From Octopus bimaculoides (taxonomy: Eukaryota): a stretch of DNA of 40,273 nt. The stretch is from NCBI RefSeq assembly GCF_001194135.2, contig NC_068991.1, positions 21,272,287 to 21,312,559 on the forward strand, read 5' to 3'. This document shows positions 1 through 37,783 of this stretch, one piece after another. Made by a program: the position numbers and the translations under genes. How positions within the stretch are numbered: the first letter of the stretch is position 1; every line of letters begins with the position of its first letter. The notes under the pieces were generated by a model, which worked only from the letters and a program-made list of their open reading frames with translations, was not told the origin of the DNA and searched no databases.

Positions 1-489
1 GTAACGAAACATGTTTTAACTTTTACATGCTATCTCAGACAATACATAATTTATTAAAATGTTCAATTCAGCTTCCTACATGTGTACCTAAAGTTTACTA
101 AGAAATATAAAAACATAACAGAAACTATTAGTTTCAACTTGTAATTAAACAAAAGACATTCTGTGGTGCAGTTTTTGAAAGCGTTTGTATAGAGATGAGC
201 AGTTATCATGGAATAAGAGTGACTTCCTATCCTTTAGTAGAAATGACAACATCGAAATTACAATTGACAAAACGCCATTTGAGGTGCTTCGCCCACACTA
301 GACTCATACCTCAGAGTCGTTTAGAAGGAGAACGAGTACGTGTGGCTTGAATTTTCTGGTCGTGCATCTATATTTTGAGGTCATTCAGAAAGTGACCTTG
401 CTTCCAGACACTGCCAGATCATGTGCATTCTCGTGTCCCACGCTCTACCAAGCAAACAAGCTCGTCTGAACGAGGCAATGGGTGAAGGA

Positions 490-700
490 CTGTTTACGAA
501 GTTACAAGCATGTGCAATGATTCAGATGAGACTATATCTCACATCGGAACAGTATCACCTCAGTTAGCTCAATATGAATACAAAAAGCGAGAGCATGACG
601 AGATTGCTGCAATAATTCACTTGAATGTTTTGCAAGAGGTTCGGATTTGTATTCACAGAAAAGCGCAATAAGTATTTTATGGGGACAAGAAATAAAAATC
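490..700 (+). mobile_element. Decayed RLE-clade (R4/Dong-like) non-LTR retrotransposon fragment, zinc-knuckle region
   Basis: Translates MCNDSDETISHIGTVSPQLAQYEYKKREHDEIAAIIHL, matching the CxxC..ETI.HI...C..LAQ.EY..RHD.VA..IHW pattern of RLE LINEs. Confidence 0.65.
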
Positions 701-1129
701 CTTGGAAACGATTAAGTGAAATCATTATGAAACTTCCTTATACAAAGGGGTACACAAACCGGATACATTTAGTCTTATAATCAATGTGACATGCCCATTC
801 GAGAATCAAAACGACGAAATAGAACAAGTAGAGAATTATAACTAGTCGTCTACAATACCAATTTCGAAATGAAGGTAGTGATAAATGATTTACAATCAAC
901 GAGAGCTTTTCTGTTTCTTTGCAATAATTTATTCGAGTCATTTAATTTTGTGAATATATCACGAAGAAAAAAGATATCACACCTTGCAGCCAGCAATGAA
1001 GCAGATAATGGAGTATCTTCAAAGATATGATTATATGAAACAGTTCAACAAAGCATAAAACACAGTTTCCTTTTGACAACCACCGCACTTCGGTATGGTA
1101 TAAGAGTTTAGTATAGTCCTCATCATTTC

Positions 1130-1440
1130 TCAGACAGAGTTGACGAGAAGGGACGTGTTCTAATGATCATGCAGTCAGTCTGCTGCCAGCTTCCTCTGCG
1201 TGGCAGCTTAGGCATGCCGTGGCTTTTGATACGCAGACATGCACTCAGATACCACCTCCTGCAATGATTTCTTGAAGGTGAACGTGTGTGGGCTCCGTTT
1301 GTGAGGCACATCTTTCCGCAACTCGTCACTTTGACGGGTAAAGTCCTGGTTGAAAGATAGACCAAGACTGTGCGCTTGGCGCCTAGAATGTCCTCAGGCA
1401 CTCACTCTCCTCTACCAGTCGGGCGAGAGGATCGGTGGAT
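1130..1440 (+). mobile_element. Tx1/L1-like LINE fragment just C-terminal of RT
   Basis: Translates ...VCCQLPLRGSLGMPWLLIRRHALR...VWAPFVRHIFPQL, resembling the CCQ.P..GGLGMP motif; GC-rich relative to flanks; contains stops. Confidence 0.5.
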
Positions 1441-1499
1441 GTGCCACTTTAGCTATATGCAGATAATTACTAGCGGTGAAGTGCGTCGACGTCCTTGCG

Positions 1500-1782
1500 C
1501 GAACATAAATAGACCTACATCAGTTGTCAAGCGATGATGGGGGCGAGACAAACACAGGCACAAAGACAAACACAGGCACAAAGACACACACACACAAACA
1601 TAAATAAATATATATATACGCCTAGCTTCTTTCAGTTCCCGTCTACTAAATCCACTCACAAGGTTTTAGTCGATCCGAGACCATAGTAGAAAAAACATGT
1701 CCAATATGCCACGCAGTTGAACTGATCCCGGAACTCTGTGGTTGGGAAGCAAGTTTCTTACCACACAGCTACACCTGCGCCT
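1500..1782 (-). mobile_element. tRNA-derived SINE family A (internal microsatellite), partial
   Basis: Minus-strand head ggcgcaggtgtagctgtgtggtaagaaacttg...gttccgggatcag has A/B-box-like sequence; homologous to 7321-7492; body continues through (CA)/(TA) into sequence shared with 14722-14962. Confidence 0.75.
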
Positions 1783-1935
1783 AGTTCATGGTCTAAGTGT
1801 GACTTTTCTCACATCACGTAAATTAGGTATACGTTGAGATACAAAAGTGATTCCGAATTATTCAAGAATAACAAACCCCTTCTGAATATGCTGTGACGAT
1901 ATTTATTCACTCTCTAATACATCTACATTCTGGAT

Positions 1936-2341
1936 CAGTGGTTCTCAACTGGCATCCATATGACCCCTGGGGTTCCATATAAAATTTGGGCGGGGATTCC
2001 ATGCAAGCAAAATAGTAAATTGGCGGTCCACAGTAACATTTTAGACGTCCATAATGTATTTATTGCAAGAAAAAAAACTAGGTTAGTTTCTTTTATGCTT
2101 TAGATTCTTTAATATGTTTCTGGCCACTGAAGAGAGAGTTATTGTTTAATTAGATTGTTTAATATGTTTCCGGACACTCAGAGAGTGTTATTGCAAACCT
2201 ACACAAGTGAATATGTGAAGAACAAAATAGGAATTTTGAAAGAAGTTTCTTTAAAACTAATTTTTAGACATATGTTTATGGAGTCCACCAGAGTAAAATA
2301 GTAATCAAAACGGTCCATAGGCAAAAATAGTTAAACGGTTG
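1936..2341. mobile_element. hAT (Charlie-type) MITE
   Basis: Left TIR CAGTGGTTCTCAAC; degenerate right end; 8-bp TSD ttctggat (1928-1935) / ttctagat (2342-2349), matching the NTCTAGAN target. Confidence 0.75.
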
Positions 2342-3070
2342 TTCTAGATGGTATCGACATCTACTTATATCTCACCGTTGTATTTGCTGATGCGATCATC
2401 CATCACTTTTATTATACTGTTATATACTACAAAGTATATCCTATAAGTTTTAGATGTAATAGACAGATATAAATGCCTTGTCTTCATACATATATCATTA
2501 TAGACAGGAAAATATCCATATAGAGAAGTGATATATAAACATTAAAAAAATCTACCGCAATTAAGAACTTGATAAAAAAAACCTTTAACGAAAACAATCT
2601 AAGAAACTTAAATTCTCAATTAATTACATTTCTTTAAACACCATTATTCTCCAACCCATGCTAGCATGGAAAGCGGACGTTAAACGATGATGATGATGAT
2701 GATGATTCATTAATTTCAAATGGGATTGACTTGCGTTATTATATTATGTAATTGGCTAAAACAATCTTTAGGAACAACATATTTAGAAGTAAAGCAGAAA
2801 AACATGAATTCTCACATTATAGTTCTTACTTTATGTCCTAACTAAACACGATTAATGTAAGAAGAACTATATGAGAATTTTTTTCCTGCATTTCTTTTAA
2901 ACATAGACAGAAAAATATGACGACAAATATTTATATTTGTCTACTATATACGGTGATTGCTACTCTGTATTACATTACAGCATTGATGCAAAGTATTGTC
3001 AACGCATCAATAAATGCAATATTGAATACATTTCTTACATTCAATACAGTTTCAGTTCAATATCTCTAAA

Positions 3071-26762
<23,692 letters not shown>

Positions 26763-27235
26763 CTTGTTCGTTTCTGTCTTTGTTTATTCTTTCTTTTCTT
26801 TGGTTTTCTTTTCCGTGTTTCTTAAATATTATTTTTGAGTAGTGTCAAAATTGGTAGAACGCCAATTAAAATGTCACACCGGATATAAATATTATGATTT
26901 ACATAATGAATTCACACCATATCAGAACCAGGTTTAGACAATTGAGAGTATAATAGTTGTTAATCATACATACGGCGTAATAAGATAAATCCTAATTGTG
27001 TAGTCAAATCGATTCATTCAAATGGTCCTTTGCATAAAATCTGTGATGCTTTTAACAAAATTAATCAACTATTTTTGACAAAGTACAAGTTCTTTGATTT
27101 ATACATAATACAACACTGATAATTCCAACAGCATTATGATATGTAAATTACAGTTGTATTCCTACGCATATGATTTCGTTAAACATATATTATCTAAAAA
27201 AAAATGCAGCAGAATATAATTTCGAAATTAACCTA

Positions 27236-28558
27236 CACTACTATTCAAAACTATACATTCACATGTTTTTTGAAAGTTATTTAGAAATTTAGCTCTGTAT
27301 TGAAGGGTGGGGGGCATAATATATTGTAAATGGGTATTTCGTGAATACTTTGAAATGTTAAACTTGTACCTTTATTATCACATTACAACACCTGATTTTC
27401 CAATTTTCCCTACCACATCAACATTTCAAAAGTGTAGTCACTAATACATTTTCATTTCTTTCCAGATTGTTTCGGAAAAATATTTGACTCAATCGTATTT
27501 TCCGTGATCCAGATTATTTTTCCAGTATGTCTGAAGCTACAAAGTTTTCTGAAATTGAACAAGGGAAGATTCTTGCACTGAAAGCGGGAGGAAAGAGTAA
27601 CCGGAAGATTGCCGATAAGATTCGGCGAAGCAGAACGCCACTGGACAATTTTCTGAAAGATCCTGACAGCTACAACAGGCTTCATGCTGTTGGGCATCCG
27701 AAGGTTACATCAGAAAGGGCCATTGTCAGCACTGTGAAGAAGTCACGCTGCTCTTCTGTTTCCAAAACCAAAGATTCAGCAAGAGCAGGAGCTTCAACAT
27801 CCACTGTAAGAAGAGTGATTTTGAGCCGTGTTTTCCACCTTAAAAAGCGACTGGGACGTCCGCCATTGTCCCTTTCCCACAAAGCTGTTAGATTGGATTT
27901 TGTTCGGCACCATCAGAGGTGGGATGGTGAATGGACCCGGCATTTATAAGTATTACTGGGCAGATAAATGTATGCAAAATTATACTTATTCCAAGAGGTA
28001 GAACACCGGAGATGATCTTATGGTGTGGGAAGCAATATCTGTCAATGGGAAGCTGTCACTTGTTATCAGGGACTGCCGTTTCAATGCTACACGATACATG
28101 GATATGTTGAACGGGGCTCACATTGACGAAGAAAGAGGAAGGCTACTACATGACGAGAAATACATATTTCAACAGAGCAATGCTCCTATTCATAAAGCAA
28201 AGACACCTTTGGATTTTTCCATGCAGTTGGGATTGAAGTCACATCATGACCTGTAGGGAGTCCCGACTTTAATCCTATAAAAATGCTTGGGAATACATCA
28301 AGATTGCTGTGTACAGCGAAGGAAAGCAGTATTCATCTGCTCATGAACTTGAAACGGCAATAAAGAAGACTTGGGAAGAGCTTCCACTTGACCTGCTGCA
28401 GAAGTTACTTGAGAGTATAAAATCGCGTGTCTTCGAAGTAATTCAGAAACATTGTTGATGTATTATATGAGTTTATCATTGAAATATATCATAATTCCCC
28501 TGTTTTGCGTGGTTTCTGCAACATTATTCAACATGGCCTTATAGTTTTGAACATGTGG
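27236..28558 (+). pseudogene. Tc3-like (Tc1 family) transposon relic, near full length
   Basis: TA|CACTACTATTCAAAACTATA left TIR and degenerate right TIR tatagttttgaaca. ORF from 27527 has a Tc3-like paired HTH (KIRRSRT..NFLKDPDSY), then MVWEAIS, FQQSNAPIH and a Tc1-type C-terminus. Frameshifts and stops; FSDEK segment deleted. Confidence 0.88.
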
Positions 28559-28724
28559 TTTCTGCCCCTGTATGTTGTGTTTTTAATTATCATCTAATTT
28601 GTTTTCGGATTTCAATAAATTTGAATATTGCAATAACTTCTATTCCATTTCCTATCTAGAGGTGAGTTTCGTGAATATTGGTAATATAGTTCACCAGAAA
28701 ACACAGACAGCGCTCAGGCTTTAT

Positions 28725-28965
28725 ATTGGGTTGTTCCGAAAATATTGAGCGATTTCAGAAACATAATCTTATGCTGGGAAAATTAACAATAGATATGTTT
28801 TGATTAGTCAAAGTATGAGCCGTGAACATTTATGCACCTCGTGAACATCGATAAACGAGATTACTAGTCTTATCGAAAATCGTCTAAAATCTAATTGAAA
28901 TACTATGATAAAGTTGCGTTTCAAAATACAACACTTAGAGCGGCCATTATTTTCGGAACAACCTA
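28725..28965. mobile_element. mariner-type MITE
   Basis: TIRs ttgggttgttccgaaaat / attttcggaacaacctaa; TA on the left. Confidence 0.82.
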
Positions 28966-30867
28966 ACAGTTTTGAAGAGCAGTTTAAACTCAGAATTAAC
29001 TAATTGTTGTTTACTGTCTAAAGGAACATGAGCACAATTCTATATATTTTGCAATTAATATTTGATTAAAAATCTATCTATTTTCTGTATTGATTGATAG
29101 AAAATCCTGATCAGTGGTATATATTGTAAACTGTAGAAGAATATCGTTACATAAATATTAATGCTAGTTTTTGCATTACAACAAAAGTTCTGACAAGAAA
29201 TTCCTGTATAATATTTCGTAAGTGAAGTAATATTTTTAATACATCTTCGATCATAGTAATCCGAAACAGAAGTACAGGATGCATAAAACAAAAACAAAAA
29301 GAACTCTCAGCTTCATTGTTCTTGGTAAACGTTTTACCAAAAAACAGACAAAATCATGATGGTAGCTGAAAAAAAAAGGCGATAAAATATTAGCTACATG
29401 TACACACCGTTATCATCTGCGTAGCTTAACAAGCGCCACAGAAATAATAACGTACGTACTGACTGAAGAGACTAAACTTTAAGATGCAGTTAAATCATTA
29501 GAACCACTTCCGATTCAGGCTCATTATGATATACATTGGTTAAAGATTGATTCCAAGCCATTTCCCATTAAAGAAAAGTATATGTTCATAATTGTGCTTC
29601 GAAGACTGAAGTTAAAATTTTGGGTGGACAAAACTATTTGAGGGGGAGGGGAGNNNNNNNNNNNNNNNNNNNNNNNNNNNNNNNNNNNNNNNNNNNNNNN
29701 NNNNNNNNNNNNNNNNNNNNNNNNNNNNNNNNNNNNNNNNNNNNNNNNNNNNNNNNNNNNNNNNNNNNNNNNNNNNNNNNNNNNNNNNNNNNNNNNNNNN
29801 NNNNNNNNNNNNNNNNNNNNNNNNNNNNNNNNNNNNNNNNNNNNNNNNNNNNNNNNNNNNNNNNNNNNNNNNNNNNNNNNNNNNNNNNNNNNNNNNNNNN
29901 NNNNNNNNNNNNNNNNNNNNNNNNNNNNNNNNNNNNNNNNNNNNNNNNNNNNNNNNNNNNNNNNNNNNNNNNNNNNNNNNNNNNNNNNNNNNNNNNNNNN
30001 NNNNNNNNNNNNNNNNNNNNNNNNNNNNNNNNNNNNNNNNNNNNNNNNNNNNNNNNNNNNNNNNNNNNNNNNNNNNNNNNNNNNNNNNNNNNNNNNNNNN
30101 NNNNNNNNNNNNNNNNNNNNNNNNNNNNNNNNNNNNNNNNNNNNNNNNNNNNNNNNNNNNNNNNNNNNNNNNNNNNNNNNNNNNNNNNNNNNNNNNNNNN
30201 NNNNNNNNNNNNNNNNNNNNNNNNNNNNNNNNNNNNNNNNNNNNNNNNNNNNNNNNNNNNNNNNNNNNNNNNNNNNNNNNNNNNNNNNNNNNNNNNNNNN
30301 NNNNNNNNNNNNNNNNNNNNNNNTATATATATATATATTTTATTTACATACTACTTACATTTTTTAGCGCCTTCTTCAGTTATCGGATTTATCAAAAAAT
30401 GGTTCAAATTTAGATTTCTTGTTCTTTTTATAAAGAATTTTCTGGGGTTTGTCAAGCAAGGGAGAAGAAAGAAGAATTTTTTTATTGTGACAGCATTGTG
30501 TACTTTTTTTAAAAAACAAAAAAGAATTTCTTTTTGCAGTCTGAAGGACAAATACTCGGAAAAAAATATCTAGAGTAGTGGCTAAAATGACCAAAACTTT
30601 CAAAATTTATTTAACCAAAGAGATGAAGCTTTAATTACATTAATTATTTTTTAAAATCATAATGTGTACTTATGTATGTGTGGTGTGTGCATGTGTGCAC
30701 AAATATGAACATGTACATATATAGATATCTTTGTGTGTGTATATGTGTGTGTGTATATATATATGCGTGTGTATATGTATGTGTGTGTGTGCGTGTGTGC
30801 ATGTGTATGTGTGTATATGTGTGTGTCTATATAAATGTGTGTGTGTGTGTGTGTTTGTGCGTGTGTG

Positions 30868-30906
<39 letters not shown>

Positions 30907-30930
30907 NNNNNNNNNNNNNNNNNNNNNNNN

Positions 30931-31050
30931 GCGAGCAGCTTTTGAGCCTTAGAACCTTGATCAAAAGCAAAAAGGAGGTGTCGAAAATGCTCGTTTTTCT
31001 TAACTTGACATTCCATTTTAATTATCTGAAAATAAACAAAAATTAACTAA
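30931..31050 (-). mobile_element. mariner transposase 5' fragment cut by a gap
   Basis: MECQVKKNEHFRHLLFAFDQGSKA is a typical mariner N-terminus. Confidence 0.7.
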
Positions 31051-31659
31051 AATTATCTAGAAAAAAAAATAGATTCCAAAATGATTCAAAAATAGAATTC
31101 TCGAAAAAATTAGATTCCAAAATTTAAAAAGGCAATAAATTCCAAAATTTTTTAAACGGCGGGAATTTATTTGCCAACTCAATATATATAGTTAAGTTAT
31201 ATTGTGTTAAGGACGTAGTAGAGTACAGTTTAAAGCTCGACCATCTTCAGATTTCACCCAGTGCTATCCAACAGTAGTATTGTACCTACTGCCAGACTTG
31301 CGTTGCGGTTTCGTCGTGTGTGAATGGATAATTGAATAAGATGGAGTCAACAAGGAGAACAAAGGAATATTTATTCATAATCCTTGCAATTATTTCCGCG
31401 GACCGTAGTTCTTCAGGTTGGCAGGTGTTTGGTTATGTTACAGTCAACCTGCATTATGATATCTAGTGTTTCATCAGGTAATATACGGATATCGTTTCTG
31501 TGTTCCGTATATTCAAATATTCGGCTTCGACCGCATTCTTTCTGTCTGTCGTGGCTATACGTGGTAGTAGTAACCACTCACTATGATAGTAGTAACCACT
31601 CAGTATAATCACGACAGTGCTTCGAAGGAAGGTATGTAACGTGTGATCGTCTCATTAAA

Positions 31660-32632
31660 CATGACAGAGAACTTTGAGCAAGGAATTTGCATTAAATTTT
31701 GCCAAAAGTTTGGTGATAACTGCTCAGAGACCTACGCAAAGTTTTCAAAAATACAAGCGCAAATGTCCCATTTGTTGTCACCCACAATTGTGGTTTCTAG
31801 GATTGTGGGTGACAACAAATGGTCTATTTGCGCTTGTATTTTTGTTTACACACCTAGCGTGAATGTTTCTCCGTAAGGTAGAGATCGGGATTTCCTTTGT
31901 TTTTGTTATGGCATGTTGAATTAACTTGGTGTATTTCGATTTCTCTCGTTTAACCGTATCTGTTTCTATTGAGCACATGCGCCTTGCCGAAGGTCATCAC
32001 TGGCGACGAAAGTTGCTGTTACGGCTTGGACTCGGAAACGAAGCAGCAACCATGTGAATGGAAGCATACAATGTCAACACGCCACAAAAAAGCGCTTCAA
32101 ATGAAGTCTAATGTGAAGACGATGCTGATTTGTTTCATTGGTGCGAAAGGAATTTTCAACACAGAATTGCTTTCCCCGGGTGAAACTGCTAACCAAATAT
32201 TTTATTTGACTATTCTGAATCGTTTACGAGACGTGGTGAAGCAAAAATGCCCCGACTTGTGGCAAAGTGGAGAGTAGTGGTTTCATCATGACAATGCGCC
32301 TGTGCACACGGCCTTGAGTGGGAGACAGTTTTTTTCAAAAAAGGCATGACCTCCCTATTCACCTGAACATATTTCTTTTCCCCCGAATGAAAAACTTCCT
32401 TAAAGGAAAACGTTTTCCAGATGTGAAAGAGGTGAAGGAAATAACGACGTTGGCGTTAAAAGGCATCACTTCGCAAGAATTCCAAGACTGCTTCGAATAG
32501 AAGAAAATGCATGTCGACCGATGCATTGGTGCAAATAGTGAATACTTTGAAGGCCATAGAAGTGGAAACATGCAAATTTAAGTGGATAAGATGATATTGA
32601 ATAATTCTGGTTTCTTTTTGGTACCCCTCGGT
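31660..32632 (+). pseudogene. mariner (DD34D) transposase relic, internally rearranged
   Basis: MTENFEQGICIKFCQKFG; VITGDESCCYGLDSETKQQ..EW; KSNVKTMLICF; FHHDNAPVH; FLFPRMKNFLKGKRF; right TIR-like ttctttttggtacccctcg. Confidence 0.9.
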
Positions 32633-33049
32633 ACCATAAAAAACAAAAGATTTGGAGGTATGAGAGGTGAATATATTTATTTAATCACTTGTTATTCTTG
32701 GAGTTACAACGTTTCGCAGCCTTTACCTTATAATAATAATTTCAGTGTATCATAAATTATGCTTATATGTCTGCACTAATATGCATCCTACAGTCGCAAA
32801 TCAATGCACCTTACTTGCTTTATCTGCATTGATTTGTGAATATACAATTGTATTGTATATGCGTAGCATGCATGACATCTAAACAATTTATTATACACTG
32901 AAATTATTATTACATGAAAAAGCCTGCTAGTCGACTGTAACCCCAAGGATAACAAGTAATTAAATAAATATATTCAGCTCTCATACGTCCCGACCTTTTC
33001 ACATCCTAAGAACCCTATACTGTAATTCTATGAATAATTTTATAAAAGT

Positions 33050-35780
33050 CAGGAAACGAACATTTATTTTGCTTTATTTGAAAAAAATGTTACCCCCAGC
33101 TTAAGAAATCGATCACCACTTTTGACCCAAATCATGCAAAATTGTATAGGGGGTTCATAACTTGTACTGATTCAATGCAATGCAGAAATAGTATATCTGA
33201 AATTTCCGTTCACTGGTTGAAGTAGTTTCAGAGTTATGGGTCTTTTAATCTATAGTCACTAGGTGGCACTAGATTCACACTTCAGTATTTCCGCTGCCTA
33301 AATCCTTGTAAACACCAGAGAGATGTGGAATAAAAGTGTATTTATACATTTTCAAGACTACTGAACTGAAATTGCTCTATGCAAAGGTTCAAAACTAGGC
33401 TATTTTAAGACAGAGGCCACTACAAGCATTCGATAACATACAAAATTAAAAACAATACATATTTTAAACTTTATAGGTTTAATTCCAATTTTAAATAACT
33501 ATAAGAAAAAGGGTGCTGAATGTTAGCACATTTTTAAACATAACAAAGAATATGTTCTGTTAAACAAAATAAATCGAAGTTTCTCCTTCTTTTTACAAAC
33601 ACAAAGACCTTGAAGGCACTTGATAGCCCGTTCTGCACTCTGATTTGTTCTGGGAATTTCCAGTTTTGATGGTTCTCGACTCCAAAAGGTTTTTACAAAG
33701 TTCAATGCTTTTTTATGAACTTGCAGGCTACCACATAACTTCTGATAATTATGTGCATTGAAGTAAACAAAAATTTGCCCAGTAAATCTGGTCAGTAAAC
33801 CAAAAATATGCCCAGCTGTAAGAGATGAATCGACAAACATGGAGAAGCAAAACTCTTTTCTCTGGTTGAACAATAAATACCAAAAGAGCTAGTGTTGCTC
33901 TAGAATCCTATCTTGCATTAACTTAAGTTGGGTATTTTTTGAAACTTTACAGTAGGAAATTTACCGGTTTCTTAAAAAAAAATGAAAAACTATGGTCAAA
34001 TGAGATAGAAACTTCATGTCATCTCGCCATCCTGTTGATTCAGTAATCTTTTCTTCCTCATTGTTGAAATTAACCTGAAGTTTTTGTAATTACTTAGAAG
34101 CTCTGAGATGAATGTATATTCAATATTGGGAGATGACTTTTTTTCTCAAAGTTCGTTATCCATTACAACACGAAGAACTCTATCAAGGATAAGTTGCTGT
34201 TCTTTCAAAACTTTTTCAACAAACAGCTTTTGCAACTGAATGACAATGCCATTTCTTTTCCCAGTGTTCACACTCGTTGTATCAGCGACGATCATCTTTA
34301 CACAGTTCCATAAAATGTAATCATCTAAAACAGCTTCAATTCCTTCCACAACAGTATCGGCTTCTAACTTAACTTGTTTAAAACTAGCACTTGGTATTCT
34401 TGGTCATCTATACGTTTACTGTCAAAATGCAATGACCAGTTTTCTAAACGTATTGTTTTCTTCATTTTTTTCTTTTTTTAGTTTAACAGCTTCTTCGATG
34501 GTCGATCTATAAATACCAGATCAGGAAGGACTCTTGATTCCATCTTGAGATAATTGTCGACAAACTGTTGCTGCTTTTGAGGTTGATAGCTTGTAAGGTA
34601 TTACTAACTTGGTTGCAGTTCCAGTTTTGCTATACTTTCTCCTTGTTTGTGTGGATTCTGCATCTGATTTTTCGGACTTTTGATATTCTCTTTCAGTCTC
34701 TGCTTCAGACGTTGATGACACTGGAGTTGCTCTTGTTGAAGTTAGCATTAAGGACACTTTTCTTCTTTCGGATAGATGGATAGTTTTGGAACTGGCTGCC
34801 TTTCCAGTTGCGTACCCAGCATGTCCCTTGCTTTCAATATGAAGATAATATAACCTTCTTTCTTCACTGCACAGCCATTCAACGATTTCCTTTGTAAAGT
34901 GAAAAGTTCCTTCCAATGAATCTTATTTTCCTCAATTTACACATTTATCGTAGGCATTCAGCATTCTTTCTACTTTTGCTTGTACATTCTGAATTGATAA
35001 ATATGGGAATTTTAATTTCTTTTGTCATAAAAAACTTACTTCTTTCGAAATTTCCTTTGTTCTTTCTTTCCTTTCTTTGATGACCGACAATTTGAAGTTT
35101 CATTGGTATCCTGCAGTTTTTTTTCCAAAGAATGCTCCTCTAGAGGAACAAGTCTTCTTTTCCTATGTGAATCTTGAAATTGCACGAGATTCTTCGTCCA
35201 GATTTTTTGTTTCTTTGAGTGACACAAACATTTCTCTTATGAGACATTATTTTAGATACTCTAGTTGGATACGCCTACTATTCTAAAAATCAGTTAATAT
35301 AGTCGGAGTTTTTAGCGTCACAAAATTATTTTATTTCTGCTGTATTGAATGTCATTTACGTTGCTCGTAGTACTACGTGATCCGAATGCAGTTACTGATG
35401 CATAAGATCATGACTTATTCAAATTTATAGATAACAATGTGAAGTATATAGAACGCAAGATAAAACACTCTGCGACACAGTTAAATTCCACCTTCATCAA
35501 CTTTGGTGTTTCTTTCTTTCTCTGATGTAATTGCCTTGTTTTACACCATTTTATTCCTTCTGGAATAGTACCAATGTTTTCTTCGAAACATGTCGGAAGT
35601 AAAACGATTTGAATAACACCTGCGTATTATAGAAAAATATTTCACCTAAACCTTTATAAGTAGGCTGTTACATCCTTGGTACTTGTGTGAATTTTTGTTA
35701 CCTTGGTAACTGTTTATTTATTTTTTCCGTGTTACTTGTAAACACTGAAAAACATACATACATTTAGATAGGTAGATAGG

Positions 35781-35839
<59 letters not shown>

Positions 35840-35900
35840 GTTAAATTGCGATTTAAATGCACCTCTAGTGATATAATAGTTATCAGGCGCACATACATAA
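33050..35900 (-). pseudogene. Large decayed DNA transposon, hAT-like (probably hATm group)
   Basis: Fragmented minus-strand translation: SLHFDSKR (about 34410-34435), MIVADTTSVNTGKRNG, ILDRVLR, IPRTNQSAERAIK. Inverted subterminal match cactaggtggca (about 33257) / tgcacctctagtg (about 35858). Ends not resolved; the group assignment is from recall. Confidence 0.55.
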
Positions 35901-35914
35901 GGTATATGTTTTGC

Positions 35915-36830
35915 TTATACGCCATTTTTTTTCCTTGAAAAAGTTATCTAATGCCTGGAAAACGTGATAGTCAGTTGGTACATATGGAGGACGATATAGT
36001 ACTTCCAAGTTCAGTTCCTGCAACTTGAGTAGCGTTCATTGTGCAATGTGTGGTAGAGCATTGACTCGCAAGAGAATAGCCCTGTCTCTGTTGACCAATC
36101 TCGGTTGTTTAATTGCAAGTTCACGCATCATCTCGTCTAATTTCTTGATGTATACATCCGTTGTAATTAATTGACTTACCAGGTCTCATGAAGCTGGACC
36201 ACCAAAGAGATGCAATTAGCTTGTTATGAATATTCTATTTTTGAATTAGGTTTTGGCACTTTGTCTCTATCCAACTACCGTACAGAGAGCTTGGTATTGT
36301 TTAAATGAATACAGTACGACGCAAAAATGGTTCACATTTATGCTCTGACAGCAAAGAACAGCAAGTTTCAAGACGACGTGTCATTTGATACTGGTTCAGT
36401 TCCCGTGGTGTACTTGTCCAGCTTCTTTATCTTGCCGATTTATGTCAGATCATCCAATACAGTTGGAATCAAACCCTTGCTGCTAACTCACGTGTGGTTT
36501 GAGATGTATCCGTTTCCACTACATTTACCAACGCATCATTATCCACCTTGGTCTCAGGTCTACCACGGGGTTGATTTTCAAGAGTAAAGTCAGCAGACCG
36601 GAAATTCTCAAACCATTGACGTACAGAGCGCTCATTTGCCACATCTTCACCAAACACCTCATTGACGTTTCGAGCTGTCTAGGATGCATCGTTTCCACGG
36701 CGGAACTCATCTTTATAAGCATCACGAACTTTTGACCTACCCACGGGCTCACAAAAATTGATTTACAAGAGGAAACTCGCAATATAATCAGACACCAGGA
36801 ATTGCATTTTGAAAAGTGATGATGTAACTC
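35915..36830 (-). pseudogene. mariner transposase relic with internal deletions
   Basis: EFRRGNDAS*TARNVNEVFGEDVANERSVRQWFENFRSADF..RGRPETKVDND..TTRELAAR; YIKKLDEMMRELAIKQPRLVNR; PTDYHVFQALDNFF. Confidence 0.88.
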
Positions 36831-36835
36831 TTTAA

Positions 36836-37126
36836 CCCATTACCTACCAGTGATCTCATATGAGATCACTTAAAAATTACAAATTTCGTAATTATCTGTC
36901 AATATTTACACATATCTAACCTTTTTGCTATATCTACTAGGTATATTTCTCTGATATTCAAATGAGGTTTGCTAATTTTTCACCCAATATCTCGCGTATT
37001 TCTATTTAAAATGTTATTTTGAAATGTTATTTTGATCATTCCAGCGTGTTTCTAAGGCTGCTTTATGCTAGAAATCAAAGTTTCATAAAAAAAATTCCAG
37101 TTAATAGAATTATGGGAGGTAATGGG
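36836..37126. mobile_element. piggyBac-type MITE (291 bp)
   Basis: TTAA|CCCATTACCTACCA ... TGGGAGGTAATGGG|TTAA; TTAA TSD at 36832-36835 and 37127-37130. Confidence 0.88.
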
Positions 37127-37614
37127 TTAATGTAGTAAAACAAAGAATTGTCAGGATAAAACATTAGAGCTATCTACTGTGAAACTTGGTGCATAAGAAA
37201 ATCGGACATTTCATTCTTAATGACCTGATTAGTTAGCTTGAATGATCGCAATGAGGCTTCATCTTTCATTCGTGGTGATAGGTTTAAAGTGGAATAACAG
37301 AGCGGTTATTTACAAGAATTACTTTAATTATATATGACCTCAATAGAGGGATAATTTAATGGAAGAGATGTTTTACGACACGAACACACATACACACATA
37401 CACACGCATACACACATACCCATTCTCTCTCTCACACACACAGGCTCACTTATGCGTGGTTGCATATGTATAAGTATATACACATACATAACTATGCATT
37501 TATACATACATGCATACACAAATACACACATTCTCTCTCTCTCTCTCTCTCTCTCGCTTTCTCTTTCTCTCTCTATCTCTATCTCTCTCTTTCTTTCTCT
37601 CTCTCTCTCTTTCG

Positions 37615-37697
<83 letters not shown>

Positions 37698-37783
37698 CTC
37701 TCACACACACACACGCACACACACACAGAGGCAGACATACACACCTACATGTTTATGTGTGTATGTACACCCACTCATATATA

